Assembly (NCBI GenBank): GCA_943788985.1
Contig: CALSSJ010000010.1
Coordinates: 96,001-160,000 of the forward strand
Origin: an uncultured Lentisphaerales bacterium
GTDB lineage: Bacteria; Verrucomicrobiota; Lentisphaeria; JABSQK01; UBA12247
DNA: 64,000 nt
Direction: 5' to 3'
Within the stretch, counting starts at the first letter, position 1; every line of letters starts with the position of its first letter. Position numbers and translations under genes: made by a program. Below are positions 24,419-33,109 of the stretch, in pieces. The notes under the pieces are model-generated. The model saw only the letters and a list, made by a program, of their open reading frames with translations, did no database searches and had not been told where the DNA came from.

Positions 24419-25858
24419 ATGAGCCAACAGCAACGCGCCACGTATGAAAACCCTCTGGTTGGCCGCTATGCCAGCAAGGAAATGAGCTTTGTCTGGTCCC
24501 CACAGAAAAAGTTCAGCACCTGGCGTCACCTCTGGATCGCGCTCGCCCAGGCCGAGCAAGAGCTTGGCCAGGATATCAGTGATGAGCAATTGGCGCAGAT
24601 GCGCGAGTTTGCCGATACCATCAATTTCGATGTGGCCGAGGAAGAAGAGCGCGTTCGCCGCCATGATGTCATGAGCCATGTCCATGCCTTTGGCGTGCAA
24701 TGCCCAGCCGCGAAGCCCATTATTCACCTTGGTGCCACCAGCTGCTACGTCACCGACAATACCGAGCTAATCCAGATTCGGGCAGCCTTGGAGCTGACCT
24801 CTGTCTCCTTGCTCAAGCTGATCCGGGCACTCCGCGACTTCGCGGTCACGCATCGGGCGCAGGCCACCTTGGGCTTCACCCACTACCAGCCAGCCCAGCT
24901 TACCACCGTCGGCAAGCGCGCCTGTCTCTGGCTGCACGACTTCGTCCTCGACTACGAAGAGCTGCAGCACTTGCTGTCACAGTTCCCGTTTCGCGGCGTC
25001 AAGGGAACCACCGGCACCCAAGCCAGCTTTCTCGAGCTCTTCAACGGCGACCACCAGGCCGTCAGCGCGCTGGATCGCCGCGTCACAGAGTTGATGGGCT
25101 TCAAGCGGTCGCTGCCAATCTGCGGGCAGACCTACACCCGCAAGATCGACACCATGGTGCTCAACGTCCTCGCCGGAATCGCCTCCAGCGCACACAAGAT
25201 GGCTACCGATATTCGCCTGTTGATGAACCTCAAGGAAGCGGATGAACCCTTTGCCGAGAAGCAGATCGGCTCCAGCGCCATGGCCTATAAGCGCAACCCA
25301 ATGCGCAGCGAGCGCGTCTGCTCCATCGCTCGCTACGTCATGACCCTGCCCAACACCGCCGCTGGCACCCATTCCACGCAGTGGTTCGAGCGCACCCTCG
25401 ACGATTCGGCCAACCGCCGCATCATCCTGCCCGAGGGCTTCCTCGGCACCGATGCGATCCTCGCCATCTCGACCAATGTTGCCTCCGGCATGAGAATCTG
25501 GCCGCTTGTGATCGAACGCCGGATCCAGGAAGAACTCCCGTTCATGGCCACCGAGAACATCATGATGGCCTGCGTCAAGGCAGGCGGGGATCGCCAGGAA
25601 CTACACGAAGTCATCCGTCTCCATGCGGTCGCGGCCGCGAATCGCGTCAAAGAGGAAGGCGTCGAGAACGATCTGCTCGATCGCGTGCGGACTGATTCGC
25701 GTTTCACTGCGATTCATGATACCCTCGACAGCATGCTTGATCCGTCTGGTTTTGTCGGCCGGGCTCCTGAGCAAGTCGATGACTTTGTCGAACAAGTCGT
25801 CGATCCGATTCTTACCAACCTGTCGGATGACAGCAGCGCTGCTGATCTGCAGGTCTGA
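24419..25858 (+). CDS. purB: Adenylosuccinate lyase
   Basis: RHDVMSH, IHLGATS, GSSAMAYKRNP signature, QWFERTLDDS. Confidence 0.96.
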   Translation: MSQQQRATYENPLVGRYASKEMSFVWSPQKKFSTWRHLWIALAQAEQELGQDISDEQLAQMREFADTINFDVAEEEERVRRHDVMSHVHAFGVQCPAAKPIIHLGATSCYVTDNTELIQIRAALELTSVSLLKLIRALRDFAVTHRAQATLGFTHYQPAQLTTVGKRACLWLHDFVLDYEELQHLLSQFPFRGVKGTTGTQASFLELFNGDHQAVSALDRRVTELMGFKRSLPICGQTYTRKIDTMVLNVLAGIASSAHKMATDIRLLMNLKEADEPFAEKQIGSSAMAYKRNPMRSERVCSIARYVMTLPNTAAGTHSTQWFERTLDDSANRRIILPEGFLGTDAILAISTNVASGMRIWPLVIERRIQEELPFMATENIMMACVKAGGDRQELHEVIRLHAVAAANRVKEEGVENDLLDRVRTDSRFTAIHDTLDSMLDPSGFVGRAPEQVDDFVEQVVDPILTNLSDDSSAADLQV

Positions 25859-25886
25859 CCAGTCCCATCCCCAAGAGGCCAATTCC

Positions 25887-26237
25887 ATGGCTAAGCTACT
25901 TTGTTTGATCACGTTGGCCGCAGCCCTCGCCAGCTGCAACATGCTGCGCATGCCCACGATGGGGCCTAAGGATGAGCAATCCTCATTCCGCCAGGTGACT
26001 GCGCTGCATGACAGCGGAAAGTACGCTAAGGCCTTGGTGGCGCTCGACGCCTTCGCTGCAGAGTACCCAGCCACGCCAATGGAATCTGCCGCCATCTACT
26101 ACCGGGCGTCATGCCTGGTCGGCACCGGCGACGAAGCGCAGGCCCGCGAGTTGTTTATCAAGCTCGCGACCGGCCGGGCCGGACCGTGGAAGGGCAATGC
26201 TGCCATTCGACTGCACCAACTCGACGAGAAAAAATAG
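25887..26237 (+). CDS. Small TPR lipoprotein (BamD/YbgF-like)
   Basis: Lipobox LASC; FAAEYPATP...AIYYRA TPR-like helices. Confidence 0.7.
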   Translation: MAKLLCLITLAAALASCNMLRMPTMGPKDEQSSFRQVTALHDSGKYAKALVALDAFAAEYPATPMESAAIYYRASCLVGTGDEAQARELFIKLATGRAGPWKGNAAIRLHQLDEKK

Positions 26238-26238
26238 G

Positions 26239-27543
26239 ATGAAGCTGGCACCTCTCCTTGCGATCTTCGCAGCAGTCTGGTGCGGTGCCCAGGCACCGGC
26301 ACCAATCCTCTCCGCCAACCCTCCCATGGAGGCGCTGAGTCTTGCGGATGCCAAGCGCGAAGCAGTCACCAACAGCCCCACGTTGGCCGCGCTAAGGGCC
26401 CGCGTATCTGCTGCCTCAGCCGTCTGGCGTCAGGCCCGTGCCAGCCAGGCTCCGACGCTCTCTGCCTCCTATGCCGCCAGCCGCTTGCAGCACCAGCCCA
26501 CAGGCGGCTTCTCGACAGGCGGGCCGGAGAGTGCCACCTCACTCGCTCTCGACCTCGAATACCTGCTCTACGACGGCGGTGCCAGAAAGCACCAAATCAG
26601 CGCGACCGAGCACGATCACCTAGCTGAAGAACTCAGCCTCCAGGAAGGGCTGCGCGGCCTGCGGTTTGCCGTCGCCCGGGCCTACCTCGGCATCCTGCTC
26701 GCGGAAGCCCGCGGCCAAGTTGCTCACGCCGAGCAGGAGATCAACGCCATCTTCCTGCGCGATGTCGAAGTGCGGGCCAAGCTCGGTGCCGCTGCCCGGA
26801 CCGACGCCCTGAACTTTCAGCTGCGGATCAACAACGCCAAGCTTCGCGTGCGCAATGCCGTCCGCGATGCCCACGTAAACCGCTTCACCCTGCTCGCGCT
26901 CATGGGCCGCGCTGGCGACAGCCACCTCGCCGTCCAGCAGGTTCCGATACAGCCGCTGAACCTCGAGCTGCCCGAGGCACGGCGCCAAGCCATGCAGCAG
27001 CGCCCTGACCTCGAGCAACTTCGTGAGCAATTGCGCGCTGCCAAGGCCCGCGTGCTCGCGGCTGGCGCCGCCTTCAAACCCACAGTCACGCTCTCCGCCC
27101 AGGCGGGCTTCAGCGGCGACCGCCTGCTGGATTTCCGTGAAGACAGCTTTGGCACCAACGCTACAGCCGCTGCCCGCTGGCAGCTGGTCGACGGCGGAGC
27201 CCGCGACGCTGGCGTCGATGCCGCCATGGCCAGCGTCGAAGCCGCAGACTCGCTGTTGACTGAACGCTGGCAAACAGTGATTCGCGAAGTCCGCCAAGCG
27301 CTTGAAGAACACCGCAGCACCATCGATAAACTCACGCTCTATCGCGAAAACGTCAGCCTCAGCCGCACTCAGGTGGGTGACACCAAGACCCGCTACAATG
27401 CCGGGGTTGAGACCCTCACCCGCGTCAACGAAGTGCTCACCGAGCTGTCTATTGCCGAGGGCAACCTCGCCGCAGGCGAGATCGCAGTCTCGCTCGCGTG
27501 GGAGAACGTGCATTACGTGCTGAACACGCCCTCCGCCGAATAG
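26239..27543 (+). CDS. TolC-family outer-membrane efflux protein
   Basis: Signal peptide; NSPTLAA, LYDGG, QRPDL, LVDGG and RYNAG OEP motifs. Confidence 0.88.
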   Translation: MKLAPLLAIFAAVWCGAQAPAPILSANPPMEALSLADAKREAVTNSPTLAALRARVSAASAVWRQARASQAPTLSASYAASRLQHQPTGGFSTGGPESATSLALDLEYLLYDGGARKHQISATEHDHLAEELSLQEGLRGLRFAVARAYLGILLAEARGQVAHAEQEINAIFLRDVEVRAKLGAAARTDALNFQLRINNAKLRVRNAVRDAHVNRFTLLALMGRAGDSHLAVQQVPIQPLNLELPEARRQAMQQRPDLEQLREQLRAAKARVLAAGAAFKPTVTLSAQAGFSGDRLLDFREDSFGTNATAAARWQLVDGGARDAGVDAAMASVEAADSLLTERWQTVIREVRQALEEHRSTIDKLTLYRENVSLSRTQVGDTKTRYNAGVETLTRVNEVLTELSIAEGNLAAGEIAVSLAWENVHYVLNTPSAE

Positions 27544-27557
27544 CGCCCCCGTCCCCG

Positions 27558-28346
27558 ATGCCCGACCAGCCCGAGCGACTATCTACGCTGCACACGCTCA
27601 GGCGCGGCGTCAGCGATTTTAAAATCGCCCACCGTCTGGTCTGGGACCAGAAAATCTGGCGCATGCTGGTAGTTCCGGGGCTACTTAGCGTCCTCTACTG
27701 GCCCGCCGCATTCTATCTGACCTACCGCGGCCTACACCTCGCCACCGACTTCTGGATTGGCCGTACCGAGTCACGCTGGCTGGTGATTACCGGCGTGATC
27801 GTCCTCGGACTGATTCTGGGTGGGTCCATGCTAGCCGGCGCCATCCTGCTGCATCGCGCCTTCATCATGACCGTCTGCGCGCCCATCTGGGGGCCCGTCT
27901 CCGAACTTGCCGAGCGTGCCCTCCTCGGCACAACCGGCCCACCGCTATCCATCCGCCAGATGGCCCGTGACATTCGCCGGGCCATCTTCGTCACCACGAT
28001 CCTGGTTGCGCTCTCCGCATTCATCTTCATCGGCTGCTGGGTGCTCACCTTTGTCCCGATCGTCCAGGTCGCCGCCATCGTCTTTCTGCCGTTTGCCCAG
28101 ATGTTCCTGGCTGGCGCTGGCTTTGTCGATCCCGTGCTCGAGCGCCGCAAGCTGTCCGTCCGCGAAACCTTTCACTACATCTGGGCGCACCGCTGGCGAA
28201 TGGTCGGCAACGGCTGTGGCTACACCTTGCTGCTGCTATTTCCGATCGTCGGCTGGTTCCTGGCCCCTGGCTACGCCGTCGTTGCCGCCACAGTCGGCGC
28301 CGTCCGCGACGAACAGCCCGGTGAAACCTTGCCCGAGCTACAGTGA
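27558..28346 (+). CDS. EI24/CysZ-like membrane protein
   Basis: APIWGPVSELAE, FVDPVLERR and PIVGWFLAP motifs; several TM helices. Confidence 0.75.
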   Translation: MPDQPERLSTLHTLRRGVSDFKIAHRLVWDQKIWRMLVVPGLLSVLYWPAAFYLTYRGLHLATDFWIGRTESRWLVITGVIVLGLILGGSMLAGAILLHRAFIMTVCAPIWGPVSELAERALLGTTGPPLSIRQMARDIRRAIFVTTILVALSAFIFIGCWVLTFVPIVQVAAIVFLPFAQMFLAGAGFVDPVLERRKLSVRETFHYIWAHRWRMVGNGCGYTLLLLFPIVGWFLAPGYAVVAATVGAVRDEQPGETLPELQ

Positions 28347-29224
28347 GTGCCGCCCCGCGCATCTGGCTCTTTGGTGCCACCAGCATGGTTGGCTGGAGCG
28401 TGTACCAAGCCGACCCCACCGCGATTCGCCCCTTCTGCAACCGTCACGTAAAACATCCGAAATGCGCAGACTGGACGCGCATTCAGATCGACAGCCTGCC
28501 TCACCTCGAAGCCCTCTTTGCCACCGGCAAGCCAGACATCCTGATCCACTGCGGCGGGGTTTGCGGAGTTCGCAAATGCGAGGAAAGCATGGACTGGGCC
28601 TGGCGGGTCAATGTGCTCAGCATGGCCGCGATTCTCGTCGCCTTGCCCACCAGCGTACGCCTGGTCTACGTCTCGTCCGATCATGTCTTCGGCCACGCCG
28701 AATCCCCGTGTCTGGAGCAAACCACCCCCACGCCCATCAGCCACTATGGTCGCACCCGCGTGGCGGCCGAAGAGCTGCTGCGTGAAGCCCGGCCCGACGG
28801 CCTGATTCTCCGCGTACCGCTCGGTGTCGGCCCCTCAATCGACGGACGCACTGGGCACCTGGACTGGTTGCAATACCGACACGGCCGCGGCTTGCCGATC
28901 ACCGTGATCAAGGACGAGGTCCGCGCCGTAGTCAGCGCCCCCGCGCTCGGCCGCCGCATTCTCGACTACGCGCATTCTTCCATCACCGGTACCCGCCACA
29001 TAACCGGCCCCACCATGGATCGCGTCGAGCTGGCGCAGAAACTCTGCGAGGCAATTCCGCTTTCGGCAGAGATCAAAGTCGAGAGCCGCCACGCCCAGTG
29101 CTACCCGCACCTGGGCACCGTCCGACTGGAGACGTCCTTCACAGACGCGCTGGCCGAGCCCCTCCCGCTACCAGAGTTGCTTACTGGGAGCGCCGGTTTT
29201 AACCGGCCCCACCACGCCCGATGA
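28343..29224 (+). CDS. RmlD-like (dTDP-4-dehydrorhamnose reductase family) SDR
   Basis: GATSMVG, YVSSDHVFG, PISHYGRTR (Lys of YxxxK replaced by Arg); stop codon lies inside the first repeat unit. Confidence 0.8.
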   Translation: MSAAPRIWLFGATSMVGWSVYQADPTAIRPFCNRHVKHPKCADWTRIQIDSLPHLEALFATGKPDILIHCGGVCGVRKCEESMDWAWRVNVLSMAAILVALPTSVRLVYVSSDHVFGHAESPCLEQTTPTPISHYGRTRVAAEELLREARPDGLILRVPLGVGPSIDGRTGHLDWLQYRHGRGLPITVIKDEVRAVVSAPALGRRILDYAHSSITGTRHITGPTMDRVELAQKLCEAIPLSAEIKVESRHAQCYPHLGTVRLETSFTDALAEPLPLPELLTGSAGFNRPHHAR

Positions 29225-30090
29225 CGCCATGACTGGGCTGACTTGGTGACAATGCGACTGCTAGCCGGGCGTCATCGGGTCATGGCGTCGTCGGGAGTCA
29301 TGGCGTCACCAAGTCACCAAGTCCTATTCCATCACGCCCCAGGCGTGAGTGCTGGCGGGTGCAGCAGGACTTGGTGACTCGATGACTTGGTGACGCCCGA
29401 TGACGCCATGACTGGGCTGACTTGGTGACAATGCGACTGCTAGCCGGGCGTCATCGGGTCATGGCGTCGTCGGGAGTCATGGCGTCACCAAGTCACCAAG
29501 TCCTATTCCATCACGCCCCAGGCGTGAGTGCTGGCATAAGGGCAGGACTTGGTGACTCGTGACTTGGTGACGCCCGATGACGCCATGACTGGGCTGACTT
29601 GGTGACAATGCGACTGCTAGCCGGGCGTCATCGGGTCATGGCGTCGTCGGGAGTCATGGCGTCAACAAGTCACCAAGTCCTATTCCATCACGCCCCAGGC
29701 GTGAGTGCTGGCGGGTGCAGCAGGACTTGGTGACTCGATGACTTGGTGACGCCCGATGACGCCATGACTGGGCTGACTTGGTGACAATGCGACTGCTAGC
29801 CGGGCGTCATCGGGTCATGGCGTCGTCGGGAGTCATGGCGTCAACAAGTCACCAAGTCCTATTCCATCACGCCCCAGGCGTGAGTGCTGGCATAAGGGCA
29901 GGACTTGAGTGACTTGGTGACGCCCGATGACGCCATGACTGGGCTGACTTGGTGACAATGCGACTGCTAGCCGGGCGTCATTGGGTCATTGCGTCGTCGG
30001 GAGTCATGGCGTCAACAAGTCACCAAGTCCTATTCCATCACGCCCCAGGCGTGAGTGCTGGCATAAGGGCAGGACTTGGTGACTCGGTGA
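29214..30090. repeat. Tandem array of 5 near-identical palindromic units of about 171-179 bp
   Basis: Unit starts ACGCCCGATGACGCC at 29214, 29393, 29570, 29749, 29920; core CCATCACGCCCCAGGCGTGAGT at 29329, 29508, 29685, 29864, 30035. Confidence 0.97.
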
Positions 30091-30175
30091 TTGCTGCAGG
30101 CTCGTCCTATTCCACCACGCGAGCCGTGGTATTGTCCAGCAGTCTGCATGCAAATATATCAGCGAGTCATTTATC

Positions 30176-30895
30176 ATGAGCGGAATTTACCACCAAAGCG
30201 GTGGATATCGTAAGCTGCACTCCTTTAGCTTCGCCACGATCATCCATCTCGGGTGCATTGACTTCTGCAAGCGCTTCATTCACTGGAAGGAAGACTCGCT
30301 GGGTAAGGCAGTGGGCCAGATGGTCGGCGCGTCGCGGTCCGGAAAGCAGAATATCATTGAAGGCTCGGAACGAGCCCGAACCTCTGCTGAGACGGAGATC
30401 AAGCTCACCGATGTGGCAAAGGGAAGTCTCAGTGAGCTGCAGGGAGACTTTGAGGACTATCTGGTCTCGCGCGGCGTAGTGCCTTGGAGCGTTCAGGACC
30501 CAAGTCACACAGCCATCATGGCGCTCCGGCTAGATACATTCGAATACACCGACGACTTGCTGCACGATTACTGGACGTTTCTGCTGTTGCAGAAGGCAAA
30601 GTTCTCGCAGTGGCTGGACAACGAGGATCCTATTGTGGTGGCCAACGCGCTTATCGTACTGATCCAGCGTGCGACGGGCTTGCTTGGGCGCCAACTCAAG
30701 GAGCTAGAGCGCGCCTTCCTTGAGCGCGGCGGCGTTCGCGAGCAGATGACCAAGGCCCGGCAAGAAGCGCGGGCCGAACCAGAGTCCCCGGCCTGCCCAC
30801 AATGCGAGGCGCCAATGCGCAAGCGTAATAGTGCGCGTGGGGACTTTTGGGGATGTAGCACGTATCCCGCGTGCAAAGGCACTCGGCAGGTGTGA
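30176..30895 (+). CDS. Four-helix-bundle protein (23S-IVS/Avd-like fold) with suffix domain and topoisomerase-type C4 zinc finger
   Basis: GGYRKLHSF, QMVGASRSGKQNIIEGS, EIKLTDVAKGSLSELQGDFEDYL, ANALIVLI...LLGRQL...FLERGGVREQM, CPQC...FWGCSTYPAC. Confidence 0.9.
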   Translation: MSGIYHQSGGYRKLHSFSFATIIHLGCIDFCKRFIHWKEDSLGKAVGQMVGASRSGKQNIIEGSERARTSAETEIKLTDVAKGSLSELQGDFEDYLVSRGVVPWSVQDPSHTAIMALRLDTFEYTDDLLHDYWTFLLLQKAKFSQWLDNEDPIVVANALIVLIQRATGLLGRQLKELERAFLERGGVREQMTKARQEARAEPESPACPQCEAPMRKRNSARGDFWGCSTYPACKGTRQV

Positions 30896-30904
30896 GAGCG
30901 CGCG

Positions 30905-31532
30905 TGACAATGTGTCCTGGCCGGGAGTCACCAAGTCCTGTCCCATCACGCCCCAGGCGTGAGTGCTCGCGGGTCCAGCAGGACTCGGTGACTCGATGAC
31001 TTGGTGACGCCCGATGACGCCCGATGACGTCATGACTGGGCTGACTTGGTGTCAATGCGACTGCGATGCCGTGGCGTCAATCGGGTCATCTGCTAGCCGG
31101 GCGTCATCGGGTCATTGCGTCGTCGGGAGTCATGGCGTCAGCAAGTCACCGAGTCCTGTTCCATCACGCCCCAGGCGTGAGTGCTCGCGGGTCCAGCAGG
31201 ACTCGGTGACTCGATGACTTGGTGACGCCCGACGACATCATGACTGAGATGACGCCGTGGTGGTGTGACTTCCTGTCGGCCGTCATCATGTCATCGCGTC
31301 GTCGGGCGTCATGGCGTCAGCAAGTCACCAAGTCCTGTCCCATCACGCCCCAGGCGTGAGTTCTCGCGGGTGCAGCAGGACTCGGTGACTCGATGACTTG
31401 GTGACGCCCGGCGACATCATGACTCGGCTGACGCAGTGACAATGTGTCCTGGCTGGGAGTCATCAGGTCGTCGGGAGTCACGGCGTCACCAAGTCCTGTT
31501 CCATCACGCCCCAGGCGTGAGTGCTCGCGGGT
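30905..31532. repeat. Second, more diverged array of the same repeat family (4 cores, same orientation)
   Basis: Core CCATCACGCCCCAGGCGTGAGT at 30943, 31161, 31340, 31501; spacing 218/179/161 bp. Confidence 0.95.
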
Positions 31533-31538
31533 GGATAG

Positions 31539-31547
31539 TGTTATAAT
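31539..31547 (+). promoter_or_regulatory. Extended -10 promoter element upstream of the MFS gene
   Basis: TGtTATAAT immediately after the last repeat core. Confidence 0.55.
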
Positions 31548-31622
31548 GACACGGCGCCAACGCACCGGCCGCGAGTCGTAGGATTGTCCGTGTTCTCTCC
31601 ACCAACCGAGCCAAAGTCTGAT

Positions 31623-32819
31623 ATGCAACGCACTACCTACGGTTACATCGCCACCTTTCTTATGGACTTCACCGTTGGCGGGGCCATTCTCGGCATCGGT
31701 TTTCATCTGCGGGCACTTGGCTACGGTCCCTTGCAGATTGGCTTCACCTTATCTGCCGGCATGCTTTGCTATTTCATCGCCTGTACGATCCTGGCTCGGT
31801 ACTATCCGGAGCGTGACCCCTTTAAGGCGATCGTTGGCGGGCTCATTCTCAACTGCATCAGCTTGCCGCTCCTATTTGTCGTCAATACCATCCCGGGATT
31901 CCTCTTCTTCACAGCGTTGAATGCGACCGGGATGGCGATGTATTTCGCCAGTATGCAGGCATGGATGACGGTCAATTTCTCGCGTGACGCCATGAACACC
32001 ACGATTGGCAACTATGGGTTGGCATGGACGAGTGGCTTGATGAGCGGCCCGGCATGCGCCGCGGTAGTTGGCAGGTTTTGGACGGCGCAAGGGTGGGGCC
32101 CCGAATATCACGCGCCCTACGCGCTCTGCATCGGTGCCAGTACGATCGCGGCGCTTCTGGCGTTCCAGCGATTTCGACACGACCCACCGACGACCGCGCA
32201 CAAAGAGAGAACCAAATTCTGGAGGAGTTTCGACACCGACGACTACACCCGGTTCATGATCATAGCATTGCTCATGAACTTGGTCGGCAACATCAGTGCG
32301 GGAATCGTGCGCAACCTGGTCGCTATCCTTGAGGTCACGACCGCCACCGGCGGATTGGTGAAAATCAGTCAAGAGCAGGCCGGTTATCTGAGTGCGGCAT
32401 TGTCGGGCGCAATTTTCGTATCGATTCTGCTCTTTCGTTTCTACCGAAAGTGGGCCATGTCTATGCGCTACGTCCTCGGCCTGCAGGCCCTGATCCTGCC
32501 TGCGGCTTTGATCTTCCTGTGCACCCATGACTATTGGTTGTTCGTGTTGGCAGCTGTCTGCGTAGGCTTCATGAACGGCTTTGCGTTCTACAGCGCGGCC
32601 TCGTACGCGCTTCAGGCAGGTGAGAAAGGGCAGCGCAACATCACGATCAATGAGGTCGTGGTTGGGCTCGGAGGCTTTACTGGCGCCATGGGGGGCGGCC
32701 TCATCGCCCAGCATTTTGGCAACGCGATCGCGTTCGCATCGCCATTATTGGTGGTGATCGCAGTGGTGCCGTGGCAGTTTCGGCTGTATCGCAAAAGGCC
32801 AGACGGCCCCTGGGAGTAG
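31623..32819 (+). CDS. MFS transporter
   Basis: About 12 TM helices, GNYGLAWTSGLMSGP motif C-like; start taken at ATG 31623. Confidence 0.85.
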   Translation: MQRTTYGYIATFLMDFTVGGAILGIGFHLRALGYGPLQIGFTLSAGMLCYFIACTILARYYPERDPFKAIVGGLILNCISLPLLFVVNTIPGFLFFTALNATGMAMYFASMQAWMTVNFSRDAMNTTIGNYGLAWTSGLMSGPACAAVVGRFWTAQGWGPEYHAPYALCIGASTIAALLAFQRFRHDPPTTAHKERTKFWRSFDTDDYTRFMIIALLMNLVGNISAGIVRNLVAILEVTTATGGLVKISQEQAGYLSAALSGAIFVSILLFRFYRKWAMSMRYVLGLQALILPAALIFLCTHDYWLFVLAAVCVGFMNGFAFYSAASYALQAGEKGQRNITINEVVVGLGGFTGAMGGGLIAQHFGNAIAFASPLLVVIAVVPWQFRLYRKRPDGPWE

Positions 32820-33109
32820 TTCGTTGGCTTGGCGTGCGTCATAGCCGAGGCGTACCAAGCGTCATCCGCTCGCCTATGAGTGAGGAGGCAGGCTGCATTG
32901 GGGCAGCGCGGCACGGGATGCGGGGCCTCACATTGGCCCCATCTGAGGTGATGTCTATGCCCGTCCTGCAAGGTGGCGCGACGCTGATCTGCCCCCGGAC
33001 GTCTGTTCTCTCTAGCCTTACCGTACAGTCCCGTGAGGCTCGCAATCTAGACGGATTCTCGTAATGTTCACGCCCGCGAGACAATCATAACCGCTTACTG
33101 GACACGGCC

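Noticed and set aside
30176..30895. 23S rRNA intervening sequence
   Set aside because: No rRNA sequence flanks the gene; the family name is historical.
29214..31532. CRISPR array interpretation of the repeats
   Set aside because: Sequences between cores are 140-200 bp, near-identical and themselves repetitive rather than unique 30-40 bp spacers; no cas genes in the window.
29949..31706. Short ORFs within the repeat arrays (29949-30179, 30696-31055, 31014-31217, 31317-31706)
   Set aside because: They are translations of repeat DNA; unit lengths are mostly not multiples of three and TGA-rich modules close most frames.
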